Assembly: GCA_963778655.1 (NCBI GenBank)
Contig: CAVZVA010000003.1
Location: 544,001 to 608,000, forward strand
Source of the DNA: an uncultured delta proteobacterium
Lineage (GTDB): Bacteria; Myxococcota_A; Polyangia; Polyangiales; JAFGIB01
Length of the DNA stretch: 64,000 nt
Direction: 5' to 3'
Shown here: piece after piece, positions 41,667 to 50,997 of the stretch
How the letters are laid out: every line of letters starts with the position of its first letter
Numbering within the stretch: the first letter of the stretch is position 1
Notes under the pieces: model-generated
What the model was told of the DNA's origin: nothing
The model's database searches: none
What the model saw: only the letters and a program-made list of their open reading frames with translations
Translations under genes and position numbers: made by a program

Positions 41667-42806
41667 ATGCGCTTGCGCGCTCGCCACCTGCTGCTCGTGC
41701 TCGCGTGCGCGTGCCGGCGTGGAACCGACCCCGGCGCGGCGCCGCAGCACGGGAGCGCATCCGCCATCGCGACGGTAGCCGCGGCCCAACCCGCAGCCGC
41801 CGCCGCCACGGCCAAGGCCAGCCAGCCGAGCGCCGCACCCGCGCCGCAGCGGCAGGCCGGACAGGCGGACGCGACCCGCGACGAGGTCGCGGCCGTGCTC
41901 GCGCTGGACCCGTCGCACAGCACCTCGCTGGGATCTCCGAACAACGGCACGCTGGTCGGCGGGGTGCGCCTGCCCGACCGAGGGCCGGGCTTCGTCCACA
42001 ACGACAAGCGGCCCGACCAGGCGCGTTTCGGCACGGTCGAGCTGGTGCAAGCGATCGTGTCGGCGGCTGCCGTGGTCGGGCGCGAGCTGCCCGGCAGCGG
42101 GCTCACCGTCAACGACCTCGGGCTCGAGCACGGCGGGCCGATCCACCAGCACGGCTCGCACCAGAACGGCCGGGACGCCGACATCCTGTTCTACATGCTC
42201 GACCAGCAGGGCGCGCCGATCCCCGCGGTGGGCGTGCCGCTGCAGCCCGATGGCACGGGCGTGGACTTCAACGATCTGACCACCGACGCGGACGATGTCC
42301 CGGAGCGCATCGACGCGCCCCGCACCTGGCGCTTCGTGCAAGCCCTGCTCGAACAACCGGGCGGCGAGCAGGTGCAACGCATCTTCCTGGTCGAGCACCT
42401 GCGGAGCATCCTGCTCGCGCAGGCCGAGCGCGTGCGCGCGCCGGCGGCGGTGCGCCAGCGCTTCTCCGACCTCACCTGCCAGCCGCTGGGGGCGCCCCAC
42501 GACGACCACATGCACGTGCGGCTGTTCTGCAGCGCGCAGGATATCGCGCAGGGTTGCTGGGACAAGCCGCCGATCTACCCGTGGCACCGGCAGGCGCTGC
42601 ACGCGCTCGGGCTGGCTCCGGTGTTCGAGCCGCGCGAGGCTCGGGCCGAGCACGCCAGGCGCGCCGCGAGCAAGGCCGCGCGCACTACCACCCGCGCCCA
42701 GGCGCGCGAAAAGGCCGGCCCGATGCGCCCCAAGGTCCGCCGCTTCCTGGACTACCGCGAAACCTGGGCCAAGAAACCCCACCCCGGCCGCCCCTACTGC
42801 CCCTGA
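41667..42806 (+). CDS. Penicillin-insensitive murein endopeptidase (MepA-like), lipoprotein
   Basis: LACAC lipobox, SLGSPNNGTL, DL..GG..HGSHQNGRDAD, HDDHMHVR. Confidence 0.88.
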   Translation: MRLRARHLLLVLACACRRGTDPGAAPQHGSASAIATVAAAQPAAAAATAKASQPSAAPAPQRQAGQADATRDEVAAVLALDPSHSTSLGSPNNGTLVGGVRLPDRGPGFVHNDKRPDQARFGTVELVQAIVSAAAVVGRELPGSGLTVNDLGLEHGGPIHQHGSHQNGRDADILFYMLDQQGAPIPAVGVPLQPDGTGVDFNDLTTDADDVPERIDAPRTWRFVQALLEQPGGEQVQRIFLVEHLRSILLAQAERVRAPAAVRQRFSDLTCQPLGAPHDDHMHVRLFCSAQDIAQGCWDKPPIYPWHRQALHALGLAPVFEPREARAEHARRAASKAARTTTRAQAREKAGPMRPKVRRFLDYRETWAKKPHPGRPYCP

Positions 42807-42838
42807 GCGGCGCTGGTCCGCGACGACGCGGGGATTCA

Positions 42839-42900
42839 ACAGGAAGGCGGGAAGAGCCACATGGTCTCTTCCCCTTGCTTCCCGCCTTCCGTCTTCCTGT
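42839..42900. repeat. Palindromic REP-like element, family A
   Basis: ACAGGAAGGCGGGAAG...CTTCCCGCCTTCCGTCTTCCTGT, between convergent genes. Confidence 0.8.
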
Positions 42901-42971
42901 GATGTCTTTGGTCCAAACGCGCGCGCTTCGGCGGGCGGGGCAAACGCTGCGAGCGCCGCCATCGCGAGCGC

Positions 42972-43766
42972 TCAAGCCGCGCCGATGATGCGCTCGAGCG
43001 CGTCGAGGCCGTCACTCAGGCAGGCCGGCCCCGGCTGCAAGATGATCGCTGGGTCGAGCTCGTGGACCTGGCGCGCGCGCACCGCGGGCAGCGAAGAGAA
43101 ACCCTCGCGCGCCAGCGCCGCCTCGCGGTCGAAAGGCTTGCCGCACCAACTCGCGATGTAGATCTCGGGGGCGCGCTCGACCACCTCGCGCGTCTCGACG
43201 AAGCGCTCGCTCGCAAGCTTGCCCAAGGAGCGCTCCTGGAACACGTCCTGCCCACCGGCCAGCCCGATCAGCTCGCTAACCCAGCCGATCGCGCTGATCA
43301 TCGGATCGTCCCACTCCTCGAAATACACCCGCGGCCGCCGCGTGCGTGAAGCCGCACGCTCGGCGGCGGCCGACAAGCGCGCCGCGTAGCCCTCGACCAG
43401 CTCGCGCGCCCGCGCCTCGGCGCCGACCAGGCGCCCGACCACCAGGATCGTGTCGAGGATCTCCTGCAGGCTGCGCTGGTTGAAGATCAGCACTTGCAGG
43501 TTCGCCGCCACCAGCTGCTGCGCCAGGTCGGCCTGGATGTCGGAGAAGCCGATCACCAGATCCGGCTGCAGCGCCTTGATCTTGCTCACGCTGCCGCCGA
43601 TGAAGGCCGAGACCACCGGCTTGTCGCGCGCCGCCTCCGGCGGGCGCTTGGTGTAGGCGCTGATGCCGACCACCCGCGCGCCCTCCCCGAGCAGGTAGAG
43701 CGTCTCGGTCGTCTCCTCGGTCAGGCAGACGATGCGCTCGGGCGTGTCGCGCAGCCGGTACGCCAT
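42972..43766 (-). CDS. Cobalamin/Fe-siderophore-type (BtuF-like) binding protein, no signal peptide
   Basis: PERIVCLTEETTETLY, PDLVIGFSDIQ, RPRVYFEEWDDP, ILQPGP. Confidence 0.85.
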   Translation of the reverse strand: MAYRLRDTPERIVCLTEETTETLYLLGEGARVVGISAYTKRPPEAARDKPVVSAFIGGSVSKIKALQPDLVIGFSDIQADLAQQLVAANLQVLIFNQRSLQEILDTILVVGRLVGAEARARELVEGYAARLSAAAERAASRTRRPRVYFEEWDDPMISAIGWVSELIGLAGGQDVFQERSLGKLASERFVETREVVERAPEIYIASWCGKPFDREAALAREGFSSLPAVRARQVHELDPAIILQPGPACLSDGLDALERIIGAA

Positions 43767-43781
43767 CAGGCACGCACGACG

Positions 43782-44435
43782 CTAACGCTCCGCGCCGGCG
43801 TAGCTCTCGAGCGCGAGCGGCAGGGAGGTCACCTCGACGCCGAGCTGCGTGGCCACGGCGGCCAGCCAGCCGGGCCGCTCGCAGGCGCAGACCGAGATCG
43901 GTCGCGACAGGCCGGAGAATTGCGCGGCCTGGCGCGCGAAGTCGCAGGCGTAGTCGGGCGGCCGGATGTCGGTCGCTAGCTCGACCAGCGCGTAGGGGTC
44001 GGGCGGCGCCGGCTGGCTCGGGTCCACGCAGGGCACGATCGACGAGGTCGAGGCCGAGCCGCCTCCGCACAGGCCGGGGCCGTCACGCAGGATCGCCCCG
44101 CGCACCAGCTCCGGGCGGCCGCCCGCGATCAGCAGCGCGACGTAGCCACCGAGCCCGCGGCCGACCACGGTCGCCTCCCCCAGCCGCGCCAGCGCCACGT
44201 CCACGTCGGCCATCAGCAGCTCGCAGGTATAACCGCCACTCGCCGGCACGCTGGAGGCACCGTGACCGGTAAAGTCGAGCGCGTAGGCCGGACCCGGCCA
44301 GGGCTCGAGCTCGCGCGGCAGCCGCGCGGGCGAACGCTCGCCGAGCCCGTGCAGCAAGAGCAGCGGCCGTCCCTGCCCACCGCGCAGCGCGTGCAGCGCG
44401 AGCGTGACGCGGTTGTGTTGCAGCTGCTCGATCAT
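43782..44435 (-). CDS. Alpha/beta hydrolase fold protein lacking the nucleophile Ser
   Basis: LLHGLG, ALDFTGHG; nucleophile elbow reads GRGLGG. Confidence 0.8.
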   Translation of the reverse strand: MIEQLQHNRVTLALHALRGGQGRPLLLLHGLGERSPARLPRELEPWPGPAYALDFTGHGASSVPASGGYTCELLMADVDVALARLGEATVVGRGLGGYVALLIAGGRPELVRGAILRDGPGLCGGGSASTSSIVPCVDPSQPAPPDPYALVELATDIRPPDYACDFARQAAQFSGLSRPISVCACERPGWLAAVATQLGVEVTSLPLALESYAGAER

Positions 44436-45358
44436 GCGGCCCCCGGCCTACCGAGAAAATCCAGCACCAGCTCCGCGGTCCGCTGCGGCCGCTCGATATG
44501 GATGAAGTGGCCGGTGTCCTCGATCACCACCGCGCGCGCGTCGGGAGGCAGGTACGGCTCGATGTCCGCCAGGCGCACGCCCCAGCTCATCGGCTCGTTC
44601 TCCGTGCCCAGCAGCGCGAGCATCGGGATCGGAAAGCCCGGCAGGCGGTCGGTGGTCCAGCGCGAGCGCCAGGGGCCGAAGCCACCCATGCGCAGGCTGG
44701 GATCGATCTTCCAGCGATAGCCGTCGTCGTCGCGGCGCGCGCCGTGCTGCACCAGGTAGCGCAGCCACTCGTGACTCAGCCGCGGGTTCTGGCGCGCGCG
44801 GCGCCGCGCCAGCTCGTCGAGCGTGCCCGGCTGGCGCTGGAGCTCGTGCGCGCGGCGGCGGTGGTCGAGCCAGCGCGCCAGCTCCTCGCGCAGCATCAGC
44901 GTGCGCTCGCGGTCTGCCACGTCGGGCGGCGGGCGCCGCCCCGGCAGCCCGTCGATCGCGACGAAGCGGCTGAAGCGGTGCGGCATGGCGTCGATGACGT
45001 GAACCAGCATCGAGCCGCCCTTGGAATGGCCGACGACCGGGAAGGGCTCGCGCTGCACCGAGTCGACCACCATCAGCAGGTCACGCTCGTCAGCCAGCCA
45101 GCTGTAGAGGGCTGCGTGCTGCGAGTCGCCGTGGCCGCGGTGGTCGTAGGAGACCACGCGATAGCCCGCGTCCGCGAGCAGCGGCGCGAACACATCGAAG
45201 GTGCGCGCGAAGTCGAAGCCGCCATGCACCAGCAGCAGCGGCGGCGCATGCGGCTCGCCCCATTCGTAGACAGCGATGCGCACGCCGCGCGCGTCGACCG
45301 CGCGCGTGCGCTGCGGGGGGTGCGCGTCGGGATAACTGACAGGCGTTGGATCGGTCAT
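44432..45358 (-). CDS. Alpha/beta hydrolase
   Basis: VHGGFD, DHRGHGDS, GHSKGG, GHFIHIE. Confidence 0.92.
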   Translation of the reverse strand: MTDPTPVSYPDAHPPQRTRAVDARGVRIAVYEWGEPHAPPLLLVHGGFDFARTFDVFAPLLADAGYRVVSYDHRGHGDSQHAALYSWLADERDLLMVVDSVQREPFPVVGHSKGGSMLVHVIDAMPHRFSRFVAIDGLPGRRPPPDVADRERTLMLREELARWLDHRRRAHELQRQPGTLDELARRRARQNPRLSHEWLRYLVQHGARRDDDGYRWKIDPSLRMGGFGPWRSRWTTDRLPGFPIPMLALLGTENEPMSWGVRLADIEPYLPPDARAVVIEDTGHFIHIERPQRTAELVLDFLGRPGAA

Positions 45359-45448
45359 GCTCGCGGGTGCGGCACGGGAGGGGCGTGCGTGCCGCCCCTC
45401 CCTAACCACATGCCGCCGCCCGCGGCAACCCGATCTCGACGCTTCGCC

Positions 45449-46303
45449 TCAACGGCCGCGCGGCTTGGCTCCGGTCAGGTCCGAGATCTTCGACCAGTTC
45501 TCGGCCACCGCCTCGACCGTGGGGTGACCGCCCAGGTCCACGCCCTGGTTCTCGACGATCGCCGCCACGCTGAAGCGGCCGCCCATCGCCTGCAGGATCA
45601 CGCCGCTGGGCGCGTCCTCGCTGCACAGGTAGACCACGCCGGGCGTGACGCGCTCGGGCCCGAGGTTCTCGAGCATCTGCTGCGGGATCAGGTTCTCGGT
45701 CATGCGCGTCGCGGCCACCGGCGCGATCGCGTTGATGCGGATGTTGTTCTTCTGCCCCTCGATCTTGAGCGTGTTCATGAAGCCGACCACGCCCATTTTG
45801 GCCGCGCCGTAGTTGGCCTGGCCGAAGTTGCCGTACAGGCCGGAAGGCGAGGTGGTCATCACGATGCGGCCGTAGCTCTGCTCGCTCATGATCGGCCAGA
45901 CCGCCGCGGTGCAATAGACCGAACCCATCAGGTGCACGTCGACGACGATCTGGAAATCGTCGAGCGTCATCTTCTTGAAGCTCTTGTCGCGCAGGATGCC
46001 GGCGTTGTTGATCAGGATGTCGATGCGGCCGAAGGCTTCCATGGTCTGCTTGACCAGGTTCTCGACACCCTTGCGGTCGCTGACGCTGCTGCCATTGGCG
46101 ATCGCCTCACCGCCTCCGGCCTTGATCTCCGCCACGACCTTCTGCGCGGCCTCGCTCGAGCCGCCGCTGCCGTCCATCGACCCGCCCAGGTCGTTGACCA
46201 CGACCTTGCAGCCGCGCTTCGCCAGCTCGAGCGCGTGGGTGCGCCCCAGCCCTCCGCCCGCGCCCGTGACGATCGCAACCTTACCCTTGAATTCGATGCT
46301 CAT
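45449..46303 (-). CDS. SDR oxidoreductase, MFE-2-like 3-hydroxyacyl-CoA dehydrogenase
   Basis: TGAGGGLG, VVNDLGG, NNAGILRDKSF, GNFGQANYGAAK. Confidence 0.93.
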   Translation of the reverse strand: MSIEFKGKVAIVTGAGGGLGRTHALELAKRGCKVVVNDLGGSMDGSGGSSEAAQKVVAEIKAGGGEAIANGSSVSDRKGVENLVKQTMEAFGRIDILINNAGILRDKSFKKMTLDDFQIVVDVHLMGSVYCTAAVWPIMSEQSYGRIVMTTSPSGLYGNFGQANYGAAKMGVVGFMNTLKIEGQKNNIRINAIAPVAATRMTENLIPQQMLENLGPERVTPGVVYLCSEDAPSGVILQAMGGRFSVAAIVENQGVDLGGHPTVEAVAENWSKISDLTGAKPRGR

Positions 46304-46333
46304 GATTCCTTGCTCCGCTGCTTGTGGTCCGCG

Positions 46334-46362
46334 ACCCTACTTCCGATTTGTATTGTTTTCAA
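46334..46362 (-). promoter_or_regulatory. sigma70-type promoter for the SDR-hydrolase cluster
   Basis: TTGAAA-N17-TAGGGT on the minus strand in an AT-rich patch about 30 nt upstream of the ATG. Confidence 0.55.
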
Positions 46363-46385
46363 ACCAGGCGGCACGCGTGCCGCCC

Positions 46386-46913
46386 TCAGGTCCTGCTCAG
46401 GACCGAAAGCCCCTGCAGGTAGCGGCGCGCGTTCTGCACATAGTGCGCCGCCGAGCCCTCGAGCATGGCGATCTCGCCGTCGCTCAGCGTCCGGATCACC
46501 CTGCCGGGCGCGCCCATCACCAGCGAGCGATCGGGGATGACCTTGTTCTCGGTGATCAGGGCGCCGGCACCGATCAGGCAGTGGTTGCCGATGGTGGCGC
46601 GGTTGAGCACGATCGCGCCGATGCCGATCAGCGAGCAGTCTCCCACGCGGCAGCCGTGCAGCATCACGCGATGGCCGACCGTGACGTTGCGCCCGACGTG
46701 GACCTCCAGCTTCTCGTCGGTGTGGATCACGCTGGCGTCCTGGATGTTGGAAGCCTCCCCGACGTGGATCAGGTCGTTGTCGCCACGCAGCACCACGTTG
46801 AACCACAGGCTGGCGTCCTGCTCCAACACGACCGAGCCGATCACCTGGGCCGATTCGGCCACGAAGCAGGTCGGATGGATGGTGGGTCGGCGTTCACCCA
46901 GGGCGAAGAGCAT
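46386..46913 (-). CDS. Gamma carbonic anhydrase family (hexapeptide repeat) protein
   Basis: [31 protein letters not shown]. Confidence 0.93.
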   Translation of the reverse strand: MLFALGERRPTIHPTCFVAESAQVIGSVVLEQDASLWFNVVLRGDNDLIHVGEASNIQDASVIHTDEKLEVHVGRNVTVGHRVMLHGCRVGDCSLIGIGAIVLNRATIGNHCLIGAGALITENKVIPDRSLVMGAPGRVIRTLSDGEIAMLEGSAAHYVQNARRYLQGLSVLSRT

Positions 46914-47157
46914 GCGGGAGGGCTCCGGCGGGCCTCCCTTGTAGGCCGGCGGCGGGACGATGTCCACTCGAGCCCGGCGGGCCGCGGTGCGAGCCTGTCA
47001 CCCGCTACGGAGGAGGCGGATGGAACCCGTCTTAGCCGTGCTTCACCGGCTTCCCGCCCGCCGTCCATCCTCGGCCCTGGCGACTTTGGGCTGCACGCGC
47101 GCGCGGACCGCGTGCAGCTTTCTTGCCCGCCCCGCGGGCGCCGCCTTAGATGGGACG

Positions 47158-48339
47158 ATGTGGTGGTGCACGTACAGCCGCGGGCAGGCCGCGCTCGCCG
47201 CGCTGCTCGCGTGCGGGCTTGCGGGGCAGGCGCGCGCGGACCGCGGCGGCCGGACCGCGCACGCCGAGACGTTCGCGGCGCTGGCCCGGCGGGCGAGCGC
47301 CGCGCACGATGCGGCTGCTGGCGAGCCGCAGGGTGACGACGACGAGCACGAGAGCCGGCGCGAGACGAGCGACGGGCGAGACGACGCGGGCGGGCCCGGC
47401 ATCTCGCACAAGGTCGCGCCCGGCGAGACGCTGAGCGCGATCGCGCTGCACTACGGGGTCAGCGTGCAGGCGATCCTCGATCGCAATCCCGGTCTCGACG
47501 CCGATCGCATCCGCGAGGGGCAGACGCTCGAGATCGGCGGCGGCCGGCGCAGCGTGCGCATCAGCGTGCAAGCGGGCGACACGCTGAGCGCGATCGCGCA
47601 CGCCCAGAGCGTGTCGCTGGCGGAGCTGCGCCGCTGGAACCCGGGGCTCGATCCGGACCACATCCGAGCCGGCCAGGAGCTCTCGGTCTTTCCCAGACGG
47701 CCGCCCAGTCTGTCGGAGTCGATCGGCTTTCCGGGCAGCGGCCAGCTGGTGCATGGGCGGCGCCTGCGGCCGGGCTCGGGCTACGCGATCCGCGACCCCG
47801 ATCGCTCGTACGCGACCGACGAGACCGTGCGCGACATCGAGAGCGCGTTCGCGCAGCTGCGGCGCCGCGACCCGGGGGCCCCGCGCCTGTTCGTGCACGA
47901 CTTGAGCCTGCGGCACGGCGGGCCGATGACCGAGCACAGGAGCCACCAGAGCGGCCGCGACGCGGACATCGCCTATCCGCAGAAGCACTGCGAGGGCCCC
48001 TGCGACTTCCGCCCGCTGGGTCCCAACCAGCTGGACGCCGCGCGCACCTTCGAGCTGCTGCGCTACTGGCTCGAGCGCGACGAGCTCGAAGCAGTCTTCA
48101 TCGACTATCGGCTGCAGGCGCCGATCTACCACTATGCACGCGCGCACGGCGCCACGGCCGAGCAGCTGCAGCGCTGGTTTCAGTACCCGCACGGCCGCGA
48201 CTATCCGCTCGGGATCATCCGCCACTTCCCCAAGCACTTCGATCACATGCACGTGCGCTTCGCGTGCCCCGGCAGCGACCACGACTGCCGCACCTACCGG
48301 CCGGTGCTGATGCGCATGCTGCACGCGGCTGCGCGCTGA
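47158..48339 (+). CDS. LysM-domain MepA-like murein endopeptidase
   Basis: Two LysM repeats (GETLSAIA, GDTLSAIA), HRSHQSGRDAD, HFDHMHVR. Start approximate. Confidence 0.88.
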   Translation: MWWCTYSRGQAALAALLACGLAGQARADRGGRTAHAETFAALARRASAAHDAAAGEPQGDDDEHESRRETSDGRDDAGGPGISHKVAPGETLSAIALHYGVSVQAILDRNPGLDADRIREGQTLEIGGGRRSVRISVQAGDTLSAIAHAQSVSLAELRRWNPGLDPDHIRAGQELSVFPRRPPSLSESIGFPGSGQLVHGRRLRPGSGYAIRDPDRSYATDETVRDIESAFAQLRRRDPGAPRLFVHDLSLRHGGPMTEHRSHQSGRDADIAYPQKHCEGPCDFRPLGPNQLDAARTFELLRYWLERDELEAVFIDYRLQAPIYHYARAHGATAEQLQRWFQYPHGRDYPLGIIRHFPKHFDHMHVRFACPGSDHDCRTYRPVLMRMLHAAAR

Positions 48340-48422
48340 CACACAGCGTCCCTGCGCTGCGGCACCGAGGCCGGACGCTTGCACGGCATGGTCCTTGGCA
48401 CCCATTGGCCCTGGCGGCGGGC

Positions 48423-48824
48423 TCAATCCGGGACGACCGGCAGGATCGCGCGCACCTTGGCCAGCAGGTCCGGAACGCGGAACGGCTTGACCAGGTAGTG
48501 GCGCGCGCCGGCTTGGATGCCCTCGACGATGTCGCCCGGTGTGTCCTTGGCGGTCAGGAAAATGACCGGCGTGGGCTTGGTGCGCGGGTCCCGCTTGACC
48601 TGGCGCACCATCTCCAGCCCGTCCATGTCGGGCATCATGATGTCGCTGATGATCAGGTTGGGCTTGGGGCGCGCCGAGGCCAGCGCGAGCCCGCTCTGGC
48701 CGTCGCTCGCGGCGGCGACCTCGAAGCCCTCCTTCTCCAGCACGCGGATCAGCAACCGCAGCAGATCCGGATCGTCCTCGACGACCAGCACCAACCACTT
48801 CTGTCTCGGTCCGGGAACCGGCAT
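48423..48824 (-). CDS. Single-domain response regulator
   Basis: VVEDD, SDIMMPDMDG, FLTAK, YLVKPF. Confidence 0.93.
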   Translation of the reverse strand: MPVPGPRQKWLVLVVEDDPDLLRLLIRVLEKEGFEVAAASDGQSGLALASARPKPNLIISDIMMPDMDGLEMVRQVKRDPRTKPTPVIFLTAKDTPGDIVEGIQAGARHYLVKPFRVPDLLAKVRAILPVVPD

Positions 48825-48912
48825 GCGTGCTCGATTATGCGGGCTCGGCCGCCCAGACCACAAGCGCGAGCGGCCTTTACAAAGCCGGTCGTTGCGCTAA
48901 GAGCGGCGAGCC

Positions 48913-49920
48913 ATGCCGTCGCCCCGCCGCGCCGCCGCCTGCAAGCGCCCGTCCGGCAGCCCCGCAAAGCGCCGCGCGGCTCTGGCCGCTGCGACCGCGC
49001 TGCTCGCGCTGGCATCGCTCGCGCGCGGCTCGGCCTTGGCCCAGGCGCGCGGCGCGAACGATCCCTATCGCTACGACCTGCGCATTGGGCTCGCGCCGGT
49101 CGCGTTCCAGGGGGGCATCAGCCAGAGCCACTTCGGCTCGGCCGCGCGCGTCGAGATCGACCTCGCGCGTCACGTCGGGGTGGAGCTCGCGGGGCAGCTG
49201 CCGTGGGCGAACGTTGCCGGCGAGAGCGGACCACAGGCCTGGGCCGGGCGCGCCAGCGTGCTGTTGCACGTGATCGATCGCGAAGAGAGCACGCCGCTGT
49301 CGGGCACGGTGTACCCGCAAGACACGCCGGCGGTCGGCGGGCGTGGCCCGGGCACCGACACCGACCTCGATGTGCCGGTGCACAGCAAGCTCGGCGGCCC
49401 TCCCCTGCTGCCGCCGGACCGCGAGCGCGGCGCCGAAGCGCCGCTGCGCAAGCTGCACACCATCCGCGTGGGCTACGACTTCGAGCGCGCTGTCGAGCGC
49501 GGCCGGCCCGACGCCTACGACGGCAGCACGCGCCGCGTCCTCAACACCCTGCACGTGCTTCACCTCGGCTACGGCTGGAGCGCGCTGTGGAACCTGAGCC
49601 CGGCGCTGGCGGGCGGCAAGCGCGAGGTTGGCTGGCGCACCTTCTACGCCGATGCGCTGCTGACGCTGCCCGCGCTGGCGCACGGTGAGGCGCTCGGCGC
49701 GAGCGCGGGCGATCCGGTCAAGCTCTTTCCGCTCGGGCTGCGGATCGGGATGCAGGGCGCGATCGATGCGCTGCTGCACGCCGCTCCGGGGCTCGGCTTC
49801 GCCTACAGCCTCGAGCTCGGCGCGCTGCCCGGCCGCAGCGGGGTCGAGGGCTACGTGTTCGTTGGGCTGGGCCTCGCGCTCGACCTGCCGCTGCGCGGCC
49901 GCAGCCTGCGCCGGAGGTAG
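48913..49920 (+). CDS. Hypothetical exported protein, possibly an outer-membrane beta-barrel
   Basis: Signal peptide (..ALA-Q) and alternating amphipathic beta-strand pattern ending YVFVGLGLALDL. Confidence 0.6.
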   Translation: MPSPRRAAACKRPSGSPAKRRAALAAATALLALASLARGSALAQARGANDPYRYDLRIGLAPVAFQGGISQSHFGSAARVEIDLARHVGVELAGQLPWANVAGESGPQAWAGRASVLLHVIDREESTPLSGTVYPQDTPAVGGRGPGTDTDLDVPVHSKLGGPPLLPPDRERGAEAPLRKLHTIRVGYDFERAVERGRPDAYDGSTRRVLNTLHVLHLGYGWSALWNLSPALAGGKREVGWRTFYADALLTLPALAHGEALGASAGDPVKLFPLGLRIGMQGAIDALLHAAPGLGFAYSLELGALPGRSGVEGYVFVGLGLALDLPLRGRSLRRR

Positions 49921-50855
49921 CGCAGCACGCCGAGCGCCGCCGCGAGCCCCAGCCACAGCGCACGCCCGCCGCCCCCTGCAGGCGAGCGGCTGCCCGCTCG
50001 GGCGATGCTGCAGCCGGTACGCGTCCCGGTGCTCTCGGCGGGTAGACACGCGGCGGTGAACCCGTGATTGGGAACGAAATCGGCGTCCTGACAAGCGGGC
50101 GCGGCCTGGCTGCCGTAGACCGAGCAGATGCCTTGAATATCGTCCTCGGCCAGCACGCGCTTGCTGGTCTCACCGATGCTCGCGCGCGCCGACATGGTGG
50201 CGTTGAGCACGGCGCTGTGCCCGAGCCCGAGGAAGTGTCCGGCCTCGTGCGTCACCACGTTTTGCAGGTCGACGGCGTCGCTGCCCGGCCGGCAGGTCGC
50301 GCCGCAGATGGTAATCGTGCCGAGCCCTTCGTTGAGCTGCATGTCGGCGTCGTAGATCTCGCCGGTGTCGGGGTTGTGCCAGACCAGGGTCAGGCCGAAG
50401 GCGTCCTGCGGCAGCCCGCGCGCACTCCAGTCATCGACGAAGATGATGGTGTTGGCGTTCGGGCCGTGGAGGTTGTACTGCGGCTGCCCGCAGCTCGCGA
50501 GCTCCTCGGTCTGCGCCAGCTTGTAGCCGATCGGCGCTCCGCCGCAGGTGACCGCGTTCCAGGTGCCGAAGGAGCGATCGGCGACATCGCGAATGTCGTT
50601 GAGCGTCGGATTCGCTTCGCTCGGGGGATCGATCGAGAAGCTAATGCACTGCCTGCGCCAGGCCAGACCCTTGCCGCCCTGTGAGCAGTTGTTGCCCGGG
50701 TTCGGCATCTCGGTGGTGAGCCGGCAGTACCCGTGCGCGGTCGCGGGCTCGGCCAGCGAGAGCCCCGCGACCGCGATCCCGAGCGCGACCGCCGCGCACA
50801 ACCGGCTGCCGCGTTGCGGCAGCCCCGTCTTATGGGCGAAGGGGTGGGCGATCAC
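49851..50855 (-). CDS. Matrixin-family metalloprotease with MYXO-CTERM-like sorting tail
   Basis: HEAGHFLGLGHS and Met-turn (ATM); tail GCS..-TM-RYLRRR. Start approximate. Confidence 0.85.
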   Translation of the reverse strand: MIAHPFAHKTGLPQRGSRLCAAVALGIAVAGLSLAEPATAHGYCRLTTEMPNPGNNCSQGGKGLAWRRQCISFSIDPPSEANPTLNDIRDVADRSFGTWNAVTCGGAPIGYKLAQTEELASCGQPQYNLHGPNANTIIFVDDWSARGLPQDAFGLTLVWHNPDTGEIYDADMQLNEGLGTITICGATCRPGSDAVDLQNVVTHEAGHFLGLGHSAVLNATMSARASIGETSKRVLAEDDIQGICSVYGSQAAPACQDADFVPNHGFTAACLPAESTGTRTGCSIARAGSRSPAGGGGRALWLGLAAALGVLRYLRRRLRPRSGRSSARPSPTNT

Positions 50856-50997
50856 GGCGGTGCCTGCGGGCCGATGCCCAGCATAGCGTATTCTCGGGCG
50901 CTGCGCGGCCACTGCCGCCAGCTGGCCGGATCGCTGCCCCGATTCTGCTAGGCTTTTGGCCCGGAGCCGCAGCGGCCAGCAGGCCGGGCCGGCTCGC

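Noticed and set aside
13191..42900. Family A repeats as a CRISPR array or IS ends
   Set aside because: Dispersed single palindromes, no regular repeat-spacer array, and no cas or transposase gene in the window.
42972..43781. Cobalamin uptake locus or riboswitch
   Set aside because: No permease, TonB-dependent receptor or riboswitch space; the BtuF-like gene starts 15 nt after the upstream stop and lacks a signal peptide.
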